A stretch of 50,581 nucleotides of DNA, counting the filler, from Circinaria calcarea (Eukaryota), in the NCBI GenBank assembly GCA_051942165.1. It is 3 parts of 3 records of this genome, joined end to end, with 100 filler letters (N's around TTAATTAATTAA, not from the genome) between each part and the next. Parts side by side here need not be neighbours in the genome. Positions count along the whole stretch, not along the records: positions 1 to 16,803 come from JAVECS010000300.1; 2 more parts are not named here. The stretch is one strand, 5' to 3'. Within the stretch, counting starts at the first letter, position 1, and the number at the start of each line of letters is the position of its first letter. The notes below the pieces were generated by a model, which saw only the letters and a program-made list of their open reading frames with translations, was not told the DNA's origin and did no database searches. This document shows positions 1 to 10,977 of this stretch, piece by piece. The position numbers were made by a program, and so were the translations under genes.

Positions 1-97
<97 letters not shown>
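1..97. repeat. (TAA)n microsatellite, ~32 units, truncated by window start
   Basis: Perfect TAA run seen directly from base 1. Confidence 0.98.
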
Positions 98-545
98 TCG
101 CGGTTATATTTTTATTCTCAATTTCTATTAAGAAATATCATGTTGATTGTATCAATGTGCGCATACAGTACAAAATTGTATGTATTGTAGCTTTGGCAAC
201 AAAATACACGACTTTTAGCCGAGGTTTTACCGGGTTCACTAAGGAAGTCGCCCAAAGCTGCAGCATGTCTACCATTTAGAGTTGTAAACCTCTCTGGACA
301 GCGGCAGTTGGCTGCCCGTTCCCTTTCCACACATACAAAACACATACGGCCAAGAAAAGACATGTTCCTTGGTTTTGAGACTTGAGACTTGAGACGGGCA
401 CCCATGACTAACTAAGGTGAGGTAAGTTTGCAAGAGGATGCAAAGACCAAGATCCTCGATTTTATCTGTGAGATCCATCTATACCACCAAGGTTCAAACA
501 ATACGAAAATCAACTCCCATCACGCACCCGAGAAAGCACCCAATC

Positions 546-3500
546 CTACGACCTCACCCTCACCTCCCCCTCCCGGTCCTTCTCCGCCTCCGTCAAAGTC
601 CCAAACCCATACCCGCCACTTCTCTTCCTTCGGCCCCGGCGATCGCCAAACCTTTCGTCGAACTTCCGAATCGCCCCCAGAGAACTCATGTCCTCACTGA
701 TACTCGCGCTAATCTCCTCCATCGCCTTGTCAAAGTGCCTCTTCCCTAGGATCCGCTTTTCCGGGTACTGATGGGATTCATGCCCCGTATGGGCAGCCGC
801 GGAATCGTTTTCTTCGCGTACGCAGGCCAGGGCCGCAGCGACGGATAGGTTTTTGAGGTCGGAACCGGAGTAAAAGGGGGTTTGAGATGCAAGGGCGGAA
901 AGGGAGACGGAGGGGTCGAGGATCTCGTCTTTGAGGTGGATTGCCAGGATAGCTTCTCGGTCCTTTTCGGTGGGGAGGTCGATGAGCAGACGACGCGGGA
1001 GACGGCGGAGGACGGCGTCATCGAGGTCAAAGGGCCGGTTGGTGGCGACCATGATGAAGGCGGAGAGATCATTCATGCCGTCCCATTCGCGGAGGAATTG
1101 ATTGATCAATTCGCGATGGCTGGTGCGGTTGGTAGATGTGCCTCTGGAACCGAAAATCGAGTCCGCCTCGTCAATGAATACGACGCAGGGCGTAAGCTTT
1201 TTGGCTAGGGTGAAGATGGCTTTGACGTTTTTCTCGCCTTCTCCAACATACATATCGTAGATATCCGAGCCACTGACTTCGAGAACGGTGGCACCGCTCT
1301 CTTTCGCCACGGCTTTGGCAAGTAAGGTCTTTCCTGTTCCTGGTGGACCATAGAGCAAAAGTCCTGGTATCTTATCTGTAGCCAGTACACCATACGTGAA
1401 AGCTTCCGGCCTCACTAGTGATAGTGATGTCAACATCTTCAAAGCCTCAATGGTCTCGGCTGGTGCTCGAACGTCGGCAAAGGTGGTTTTGATATTTTCT
1501 GCGTCAACCACACCGTTCAAGAGCTTCTTTTCGTGGGTATTGCAGCTTTTTCGTAACTTTCGAATGCGCTCATCCATATCCTTCTTCGCATCCTTGGTGG
1601 ATGGAACTGTTGCTGATAACCCAACACTCTTTTTGCCTCGGCCCTTCTCATCAGCAATCCAGTCAAATTTAGCAGCGTCGCTAGAACGGATGAGTATCAA
1701 AGCTCGGTTCAGATGATCCGCATTCATCTCCTGAGCATCCTTCATCAGACCCAGTGCAACTAATGCTGTTCGATGAACAACCTCGAACGGCCAAACATCT
1801 TCATCCATGCCTGAAGCAAAGATCTGGGCAGAGTCCAACTCAAGATTAGGCTGAGATATCACAGCATGTACGCTCTGTACATCTGGAGCTAGCCGCCGTA
1901 TCATATCTAGGAGATGACGCAGATTGATTTGCTTGACTCTTAACTTTTCGTCCGAAGCAAAGATGGTGTCTGCGGAGGAGCTTCTGCATGGTATAACTAT
2001 TGTTCGGTTGGGTCCAAACTCAAACTGGGCTTCATTCTGAAGACTCTTGAAACCAGTCTTTGACATTGAAGGAATAAGATTCTCAGACGAGGTTGTTCCG
2101 ACAATAAGGATCCTCTGGCCATCTTTCCTTCGCCTTTGTACAACGTCATGGATTTTACTGAGCACCCTTATACCCACCGAGGTTGCATACATCTCTGCGT
2201 AATCTCTAATCATTAGTATTAGACCATTGGAGCTGCCATCTAAGTCATTCAATGATGGCGTATCTACATCTGCCGAAGGACCTATTTCACCACTCGTAGT
2301 AACTGAGACTTCCTCTGCACTAGTTGCATTTTCTCTCCGAAATCTGGTACGAGCATTCAGACCTTTAATCTGAGCAGCATCTAGAAGAGCTTCGATGAGA
2401 AGAGATACTTTGGCATCTTCAGACATAGCTGGGTTTTGGCCAACGGAGTTGAGCTGCGGTTGCTGACCTAGTGAGCGCGATGAGCCTGGTAAAGCGCCGT
2501 CGCCCATTATCTTGCTTGACTTGAATATATCGGTTAAGCTCCCAGTGAAGGTAATGAGCGGCATTGACATCACGGTGGATTTTCCAACCGATGGGAAGCC
2601 TTGCTGTTTATTGCGTGGCTGCTGTTCATGATCATCGTCTAGCTCTTCACCATCTTCTATTTCATCTTGATCCTCATCCTCGTCCTGTGCATTGTTCCGG
2701 GCCATCAAAAGGTGCGTATCGTATCCCAATGTGTAAATCGACTTGAGTTTTGAACTGACGGGCCCAGGAGACTCTCCGATGCTGTCTCCACCAATTTGAG
2801 CAATATCTTGTGCATCGATTTGTACCAGGTCCGCCTCTCGCTTAATAGCAATGTACTTGACAACTGTGTCAAGAAAGAGCATCCCACCATCCTTTGGGCA
2901 TTGTAACATCAGGTGGGGTTTTGAGGCTGGATAAGTGTCTGCATAACGAGGAGCGGGTGGTCGAAGTCCCGCGGATACCATAGCAGCTATCTCCTCGAAG
3001 ACGATGCCATCAATGTCGTATGAATCGAGATCCGCAGTTTCTGTTGCAATAGATTTCTTTGTCGAACGGCCAGCAGCACCGTTTGTTGAATCATCTTCCT
3101 GAGTATGGTTCGCCTCGCTTTCAAAGTCCAATGCCTGTTCCTGTGACTTGCCGCTGCTGTCTAAAATATTTAATCGGGGGATATCCTCCTTGAGGAGATC
3201 CTGTAGGGGCACCACATTCCGGTCGAGGAACCATGGTGGGACCACATATCGGGGTTGGTCCTTGATCTTTTTTATGTTCCTCAATGCCCTTCGCGCAGAT
3301 GATCCGTAACTACTCATATCTTTTAGCTTAGCTTCCCTTCCTGCCGCATTACCGGAGCCTTCCTCGGCCGCAGTGCCTGTTGCACTACTATGGTCCCCAT
3401 TTTCTGTCACCTCCTCCAGCTCTTGGGGCGATTCACTATTCGAAGTACCAGGTGTACTCTTCGTGCTGTTCCATGTCGGCTCGCCTGTGTCCGTAGAATC

Positions 3501-3641
3501 ATCTTGAGGAAGTCTGAGGGAGGATGGAGAGCGGAAAAAGCGGGTTGCTGTTGGAAAGCGGCGACCACCAATAACTCGACAGCTTTGTAGAGCAGATCGC
3601 TTAGAGATTGACCACACGTTGTGGCATATCAGTGCCTGCAT
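546..3641 (-). CDS. Large Msp1/ATAD1-like AAA+ ATPase, probably mitochondrial; intronless
   Basis: ATG at 3641 (the ORF track starts at an upstream TTG). Walker A GPPGTGKT, Walker B VVFIDE, pore loop DMYVGEGEK, SRH ATNRPFDLDDAVLRR. Arg/Ser-rich N-terminus resembles a presequence. Confidence 0.9.
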   Translation of the reverse strand: MQALICHNVWSISKRSALQSCRVIGGRRFPTATRFFRSPSSLRLPQDDSTDTGEPTWNSTKSTPGTSNSESPQELEEVTENGDHSSATGTAAEEGSGNAAGREAKLKDMSSYGSSARRALRNIKKIKDQPRYVVPPWFLDRNVVPLQDLLKEDIPRLNILDSSGKSQEQALDFESEANHTQEDDSTNGAAGRSTKKSIATETADLDSYDIDGIVFEEIAAMVSAGLRPPAPRYADTYPASKPHLMLQCPKDGGMLFLDTVVKYIAIKREADLVQIDAQDIAQIGGDSIGESPGPVSSKLKSIYTLGYDTHLLMARNNAQDEDEDQDEIEDGEELDDDHEQQPRNKQQGFPSVGKSTVMSMPLITFTGSLTDIFKSSKIMGDGALPGSSRSLGQQPQLNSVGQNPAMSEDAKVSLLIEALLDAAQIKGLNARTRFRRENATSAEEVSVTTSGEIGPSADVDTPSLNDLDGSSNGLILMIRDYAEMYATSVGIRVLSKIHDVVQRRRKDGQRILIVGTTSSENLIPSMSKTGFKSLQNEAQFEFGPNRTIVIPCRSSSADTIFASDEKLRVKQINLRHLLDMIRRLAPDVQSVHAVISQPNLELDSAQIFASGMDEDVWPFEVVHRTALVALGLMKDAQEMNADHLNRALILIRSSDAAKFDWIADEKGRGKKSVGLSATVPSTKDAKKDMDERIRKLRKSCNTHEKKLLNGVVDAENIKTTFADVRAPAETIEALKMLTSLSLVRPEAFTYGVLATDKIPGLLLYGPPGTGKTLLAKAVAKESGATVLEVSGSDIYDMYVGEGEKNVKAIFTLAKKLTPCVVFIDEADSIFGSRGTSTNRTSHRELINQFLREWDGMNDLSAFIMVATNRPFDLDDAVLRRLPRRLLIDLPTEKDREAILAIHLKDEILDPSVSLSALASQTPFYSGSDLKNLSVAAALACVREENDSAAAHTGHESHQYPEKRILGKRHFDKAMEEISASISEDMSSLGAIRKFDERFGDRRGRRKRSGGYGFGTLTEAEKDREGEVRVRS

Positions 3642-3845
3642 CAAATCGCGGAACCTTGGTGAAAGGAGTCACTTGACTGTAGCATATTATTATTTGTCTG
3701 AGATGTAAACGGTAGGAGATGCTCAACGGGGCTGTCAGGGCCGTTTCGAGCCGACGGAGGACGGAGGTAGTTGTTCCGGATGGAGCCTCATTTGGACATT
3801 GAATGAAGTGAACAAGAAGAGCTATCTTTTGACAAGTGATTACGA

Positions 3846-3872
3846 CTGATCGTTGTCTGATCGTTGTCTGAT
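3846..3872. repeat. 11-bp tandem repeat (CTGATCGTTGT) x ~2.5
   Basis: ctgatcgttgt ctgatcgttgt ctgat seen directly upstream of the ATPase. Confidence 0.8.
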
Positions 3873-6320
3873 CATTTGGTCATTATTAGTAGGTGTATGA
3901 AAATAAGAATCGGTATAATTTCTTTTGTTAGGTATGAATCATGTGAATAATCTTTCATCTAAGCGCCGTTATTGCATTTTGAGCTCTGGTTCAGTGCAAC
4001 CGTTCTCTTACAATGAGCAGAAATGTTATTATAACCTTCTCTTTGTCTATCCGAGTGCTAAGCATGTATGTACGTCTATTCCGTACTCCAAAAGTTGGTT
4101 TTTGGTAATTTGGTTGAAGAAACAAGCTGGTAGTCCTTATTCAGATCGAAGGTGCGAAGTCGCACATTTACTAGACCATAGTGGTTCCTCGGGAATGATA
4201 ACGACTGGAGGAGTGTGTTTTGTTTTATATATGATATTTTATTTTTGGCTGTATTCAAGATAAGCACTTGGGGGCATTTTCCGATATAGAACATAGTCGA
4301 ATGATTATCTTTAAATGAACCACGACCTACAAGCACTTATCAAATATTAAGTTATCTCAATACAATAATTTGATAATACGGGTAACTCTCATTTTCTGTG
4401 TCGCCCGTCAAATTTAATCGGTGTATATCAATAACCCTTTACTACGCTAACAAAGACACGCTGAAACTTAAGGAAGCCAAACTTCTTACAGTCCTCCGGA
4501 AAGCCAAAGGCGAAATCGAGAAGGTAGGAGGCAAGATTATCCTAGTCAATCAGAACTTCTTTGATTTTGTGTATGTTAAGGAATCACAAAGGTTGTCTGG
4601 CTTATGGCCTATAAATATTACAGCTATCGTGTGCCGCTGGGCAAGACCAACCCTATCGATCAATTCCAACCACAGTGGGAGCATGTTGAGGTACGACAGC
4701 TCTGTGAGATCACGCAGGAAGAGATTGATGCGGAGGGGACTTAGTCGAGGAGCATAAGAGCTTGACATTCAAGATCTATTTGGGGCTGGAATTCTGCCTT
4801 AGGGTAGTAAACCTTCCAATATCTCTTCTTTCAAACACCCTTCCATCCCTTCGGTCTCCGCATCGGTTTCAGTTAGTTGATCGCCTAAGCTACCATCAGC
4901 CCATTGCATACCACGCATATCACCACCCAGCAGCACGCAAAGTAGCCTAATTGTTGTACGCCTTTCGATACCTTGACAAGCTCTGGTCTCTAAGCCCATA
5001 ATTAAGGCTATCCGAGATGTTCGGTGGACGAAGTTACCAGACAAGGCGGTGCTTACCAGGCAAACATGTGGAGGAATTCAAGCGCACAGGTCAACTTTAA
5101 AGATAGTTGCTACACATCCACACCGAATACCCACTGCTCTAGCCTCATCGGCCTCAAAGAACTTATTCAGATCACCTTCAAGTTGCATCCGACTTCCTCG
5201 CCCGAGACCACAGACACCCTTTTCTAACGCGCATCTTCCACATCCCGCAAACACAAGAACAACGAGCACGACTCGCAACAACATGATCCAAATCCCAAAC
5301 ATTCACCAAGATAGTCTAGTCTCACAGTTCCATATGACGAGCCGTACCTATCATCTGCCGCAAAATTATAGACGGGCCGAAGGATATCCAAGATAAAAGC
5401 AGTGCGGGAAGCCACCAAAACCATGGTTTCTCTACCCACCCACTGTCGCTCCCTCCATCCATGCCATACGAGACGTCACCCCTTTATACCCACTCCATCC
5501 ACCTCGCCCGACGCGATAGGAGCGTCCGCATTCCCCGCATGTTAAAACTTTTCGCCAGCGCGACGCACCAACTATCAACCATCCCACCACGCTTCACTCC
5601 GACTCAAACCCGTTTACAGAAATAATAATACGGCAACGACCTTTCGCGTGCTAGTAATGATACCCGTCTATAGTATCCCAAGTGCCATCTCCCCATACGA
5701 CGACAATATCAGTGCGATAGGAGTCCTTTGGTCTCATCAGAGACTTCACTGACGTCAGCGAGATACAGGATCTATGTTCTAAGCATGCGAACGCGCGGGG
5801 AAGCTTTGGTATGGTTTTATTGGCTTCTTTAGGTTAACTTTTAGGGTGAGAGGGAGGTTGAGGTAGAGTGGTGGAAGAGGGAGAGTAGCAGAAGAAGGTG
5901 GTGTGCGGAAAGATAAGGAAAGGAAAAAGAAGGCAAGGAAGCACCGCAGGATGAGGATCGGCAGTTGGGGGAAAAAAATCATTGATGGCAGGGATGAAAG
6001 CTAGAAGTTCAAGTTTAGAAGATGGGATTACAATTGGTGCGCGCTCTGAGCTGTGATATAGGCACCGAGTTAAAGGGTGGATCTTTCCCTTACTGAAACC
6101 ACTTGAAATTGGTATCTTTACGGCCAAGAAGGATGTCTAAACTGTATGTTAAGATTTTTGAGAGGAATAAGGTGGGCTCGGGGCAAATTGCCTATCTTAT
6201 CGTATATAAACTCATGCACTCATGAACCTATCCTCCCAAGCCTAGATTACCGGCCCCATTTCTACAATGCTCAGGAACCCAATAAACGCTACCCGGCGCC
6301 AGGGATATACCACGGCTAGT

Positions 6321-8456
6321 TCACTTACTAATATGCAACTGCTCAACAGCCCTCTGCATCAAAGTCTTCTGCGTCTTCTCCTGAACCTCCTTCTCCATAG
6401 CTTCCGCCTCCCTCTCCGCATCCGATCCCTCTTCGTCCTTCTTCCCCGACTGCTGCTCAAGGACTTGCTTCTGCATACTCTTCCTCTTCTCTTCCTCGTC
6501 CATCAGCCTCAAAGAATCCTCCTCCTTCTCCACCTCCTCGAGCTCGATATCCTCGAAGCCGATTTTCTTGAGGATACTCCCGACCAAGTACCTGTACCGG
6601 AGGTGCCCACTCACGGTCTCGCTGACATCCACGTTCTCGATGCTCGGGATGCCTTCGATCTTTTGCAGTCCGGCCACGCCGTACTGGATACTGCTGGTCC
6701 GGTATAAGAACCCCAGCACATAGTCGTTTTCCGAATACACATTCACCAATCGCCCACTGACCACACTCCTCATAACCCTCCAGTCGTTTGTGGTGCTGGG
6801 TATTGGGGCCCCGATGAGCACCACACTTTCGATAAGCCCAAAGGCTCTCCTCCTCGCAAGACTCATCAAGCACGAATAAATCAACCTCGCACCGAGGGAA
6901 TATCCTATCAGCGTGACGGGCCGTTCTCCTTGAGCTTTGTTGATCAAAGCATCAGCCAGCACTTCTCCTGCCTTCTCCGCACGACCTTTGGCAACACTGA
7001 ATGGATTATCCACCACTCGGCTAATCTTCAACAATCCAAGCGGCCACATAGCACCCATTAATTCCGCGAAAATCGTCCGTTTGATTATTTCACTCTTCGC
7101 ATAGCCCCATGCGGTACTACTTACCATAGCAGTCATGCTATTCCCTAGATTCATCAGCGCTTCCAATTCCCACCTCAGCGCGAAGGCTTCAGCCCCTTTC
7201 CCGACAACTCGCCATGGCGTGATGACCTCTTCTTTCTCGGTCAGCCAACCGCTGATGCCGATAGCAACTCTCAACCGTCGCTCCCCCTCCTTTGCTGCCT
7301 CCTTCTCTTGGCCCTCGAACCTCTTCCTTGGCCCTCGTACCGGAAGAAATGCAAAATCCTCGACCTCACGCGCATAACTGTCCATCATTTGACCTGTCAT
7401 CCGGCCGCCATACGCGCCGAACAGCCCTCCCACAATAACCGTGCTACCAGCCACTGTCCCCAAATATCCTGCCGCCGCTGTAGCACCAAGTCCAAGACCA
7501 CCCATCACCGAACCGACGCCTGCTGCTACTAGCGGCGCGGCCAACCCTCCCGTGACGCCAATGATTGCCGCTCCTGCCACTGATGCGAGACCCACTTTCC
7601 ACTTCCGAGACTGTTTATTCTCTTCCGCTTTCTTGGCCGTTTCTTCCTCTCCGGACAATTCTTTTGCCGCGTCAAGGAGACCCTTTGCGACCTTCTCTTC
7701 ATCTTCAATCAAGACATTTAGTGGTAAATGAAGCGAGGAGGTGAGGTATAGAAGGAGGATGCGTGAGGGTGCAATATAGTGTTCTAACGAGAGAAGGAGG
7801 AGAAGCATTGAATGGAGTATCAGGATACGTTTATCCTCCTCGAGAGTAGCCAGGGGCGAGGAAAGAGGCGGGTAAAGATCGTGGAGAGCGGCCGCAGTGC
7901 GCTTTTCATCTTCAAGCCTGGAGGTTGAGGCTTCTGGGCTAATCCTTTTATCTGGTGGCTGATATTGTGTTTTTGGGTCCGTGATGGCCGCTGCCTCCAT
8001 GATATGCGCCGAGGCCGTTTCCTTCGAATTGACAACCTCGCCCACACGCTGAATGACACCCTCTCGCCATTCGTCGAAGAAACGTAAGGAGGCCGCCTTC
8101 AGCTCTTGCATTTTCGGCGCACCGAGTTCTTTCTCCCGCTGCTCTTTCACCTTCCGCTCGCGCTCGTATTGGTCGACGTCGACATTCGAAGTGTCAAGAT
8201 TTGGGTTCATGATTCTAGCATCTTCAGAAGTAAGCTCGTCGATGAGGTCCGGAGAAAACGAGGCAGTGGCGTCGAAGTTGGACTCGATGGTCTTACGCAT
8301 GGAGGCCGTAGCACCAGCGATAAGAAGGGTGAGCTCGCTGCGCTGATCAGCGTCGAGGATCGTTGTAAGGGATTGGTCTTCTTCTCCAGGTTGCTTCTCG
8401 GCATGGGGAGTCTTCTCATGGGACGACCAAGGAGCATTTTTGAATATTCCTGCCAT
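6321..8456 (-). CDS. DUF726 / TMCO4-like protein with alpha/beta-hydrolase-like domain; intronless
   Basis: First ATG at 8456. Family-typical Gly/Ala-rich hydrophobic segment (GVTGGLAAPLVAAG), GERPVTLIGYSLGAR nucleophile-elbow motif, VSGHLRY. Confidence 0.88.
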   Translation of the reverse strand: MAGIFKNAPWSSHEKTPHAEKQPGEEDQSLTTILDADQRSELTLLIAGATASMRKTIESNFDATASFSPDLIDELTSEDARIMNPNLDTSNVDVDQYERERKVKEQREKELGAPKMQELKAASLRFFDEWREGVIQRVGEVVNSKETASAHIMEAAAITDPKTQYQPPDKRISPEASTSRLEDEKRTAAALHDLYPPLSSPLATLEEDKRILILHSMLLLLLSLEHYIAPSRILLLYLTSSLHLPLNVLIEDEEKVAKGLLDAAKELSGEEETAKKAEENKQSRKWKVGLASVAGAAIIGVTGGLAAPLVAAGVGSVMGGLGLGATAAAGYLGTVAGSTVIVGGLFGAYGGRMTGQMMDSYAREVEDFAFLPVRGPRKRFEGQEKEAAKEGERRLRVAIGISGWLTEKEEVITPWRVVGKGAEAFALRWELEALMNLGNSMTAMVSSTAWGYAKSEIIKRTIFAELMGAMWPLGLLKISRVVDNPFSVAKGRAEKAGEVLADALINKAQGERPVTLIGYSLGARLIYSCLMSLARRRAFGLIESVVLIGAPIPSTTNDWRVMRSVVSGRLVNVYSENDYVLGFLYRTSSIQYGVAGLQKIEGIPSIENVDVSETVSGHLRYRYLVGSILKKIGFEDIELEEVEKEEDSLRLMDEEEKRKSMQKQVLEQQSGKKDEEGSDAEREAEAMEKEVQEKTQKTLMQRAVEQLHISK

Positions 8457-8997
8457 CTCTACATATGTTCCGATTATTGCCACTCAGTTAGAATCCAATC
8501 TCGTAGGATCAATCTCTGGAACCAAATCTGGTCTCGTTTGTAAACATACTTCCCTTTCCAACAGTAGCAGGTCACGCAGTCCCTTGAATCGTGCAAACAT
8601 GACGTAGTACCTACACAACTGTAGTACCCTTGCACTCGCGTATGATAAGGCCTAGCCGGTGCTGGTCGCTGAGCAATGTGAGCCGTCTTTGGCCTGGGAC
8701 ATCAAATGCATCAAGTGAAGGCCGTTTTGGATAGACTAAACAGATCGTGCATGGTGATTGAGTATTGGATCCGGAGTGAATGCTTGCATGACCAATAGTC
8801 CCGGCTACTCGGTCTATTAAGTCAGGACAGTGCTTGGAAGACAACCCGATAAATACACATATACAGGATGAGGTGGAACCACCCCTTACAGCACCGCTAG
8901 TCATGGTACAGTACAACTAGACTTCCCTACGAGGAGAGGAACCGCCCTCAGGTGCCAAGGTCCATCTCTACGAACCATAGTCCACACCGCCTCCTTC

Positions 8998-10977
8998 TCA
9001 TGCGTCGATCAGATTCTCGTCTTCGTTCTGCTCCCCATTCGTCGCTGGCTGCCCGTCTGATCTATCCGAATTGTCCTGAGTATCCTTGTTGCCAGACCGT
9101 CCCTTACCCTTTCCGGAACGTTGGTAAAACTCATCAAGAATCTTCTTCGGGATACGGTTCAACAACTCCTTAGGATAGATCCTTAATAGGCTCCATGCAA
9201 GATCAAGAGAATCATAGATACTGCGTGATTCGTATGCAGACTGCGAAATAAAGGTTCTTTCGAACTTGTCGAGGAACTCCAGAGAAAGTTTATCTTCGGA
9301 GGATAGAGCTTCTTCGCCAACGACCGCTTTCATGGATGCTATCAAACAGTAAGTATATGCAGGGGCATATCCAATCGTGATTCTTACCTGCGTCTCTACC
9401 AATGGCATACTTGGCGTATAGCTGATTGGATACATCGCCGTGATCCTTTCGCGTGTGGCCCTCACCAATGGCAGACTTCATGAGCCGGGAAAGAGAAGGC
9501 AGAACATTAATTGGTGGATAGACACCTTTGTTATATAATTGACGATCAATGAAGATTTGCCCTTCAGTGATGTAGCCTGTCAAATCGGGAATGGGATGTG
9601 TGATATCTGCGGGACACAGTCAGTACCAATATAGAGGAAGACAGGCTAGGCCCTCATACCATCGTTAGGCATGGACAGTATAGGTATTTGAGTGATCGAA
9701 CCATTTCTCCCCTCTACACGCCCAGCACGCTCGTAGATCGTTGACAAGTCAGTGTACATATAACCCGGATATCCACGACGCCCAGGGACCTCTTCTCTTG
9801 CAGCCGAAACTTCTCGTAAGGCATCACAATAAGCAGTTAAATCCGTGAGAATGACCAGAACGTGCTTTTCTAACTGGTATGCGTAATACTCTGCTGTCGT
9901 GAGAGCCAAACGAGGAGTGATGATGCGTTCGATACTGTGAAACTCTCAGTGCTTGGAATTTTTAGGGAGCAGAGTGCCACCAACGTTGGGTCGTTTGCCA
10001 AATTCAGAAAGAGGGTTACCCTCTCCATGCTGCCATTCTCTTCGAAATCGCGTGTGAAGAAGCGACTGGTTTCCATATTCACACCCATGGCAGCGAAGAC
10101 GATGGAGAAGTTTTCTTCGTGCCCATCATGTACATCCTTCGTGGGCTTGTTTACTAAACCGGCTTGACGGCAGATCTGGGCAGCAATCTCGTTATGAGGC
10201 AGACCGGCAGCAGAGAAAATAGGGATCTTCTGTCCCCGTGCTATTGAATTCATCGTATCAATCGCGGAAATGCCCGTGGCGATCATCTCTTCGGGATAAA
10301 CCTTGCTGATGGTAAGCGTTCTTGCTGCATTCATACTTTATGATTTGTGAAGACTTTACTCTCGAGTACGGGTTGATGGGACTTCCATTGATATCGAGGT
10401 AATCTTCTGCGAGGACTTTGGGGCCTTTGTCTATTGCTCGACCCGATCCATCAAAGACTCGCCCCAACATGTCCTCCGAAACCCCGATTTTGAGGTTATG
10501 GCCGGTGAACTCCACTTTTGTCTACAATTCATGAGCATAATCCCGTATCAGGTTGATTTGCCGCCTGCATACCTTCTTAACGTCGATGCCTGTTGTACCC
10601 TCGAATACCTGTAAGGATCAGTACTGAATTGGACTCTATTGAGTTCTCGCCATGTTATACCTGAACGACGGCTCGATTCCCTGTGGCAATCCCCTTTAGT
10701 GCTATATGGATTATAGGAGTGTAGATTTAGACGTACCCCGAGCTTCCAGAACCTGTCCAGACCGTTCGGAACCATCTGGCAGGGTCAATGAGACAATCTC
10801 GTTGTATCGTGGGAATTTGACCTGATAAAGTCTGTGAGCTCCAGAACAGTAGGGAGATCGTTTGGGCTGACACACGTTTTCTAGGATGACCAATGGACCG
10901 TTGACGCCTCCTATGGTATTGTACCGTATTCGAGGATGTATCGCCGTCATGCGCGGATCCTTCCCTTCGTTCGCCAT
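8998..10977 (-). CDS. VMA2: V-type H+-ATPase V1 subunit B, 9 exons
   Basis: Motifs [48 protein letters not shown]. Exons traced with GT-AG introns: 10977-10876, 10821-10737, 10680-10661, 10608-10573, 10521-10360, 10301-9985, 9934-9660, 9606-9388, 9338-8998. Confidence 0.97.

Noticed and set aside
1..97. (TAA)n as a telomere or retroelement tail
   Set aside because: Not a TTAGGG-type repeat, and no upstream context is available; treated as a microsatellite.
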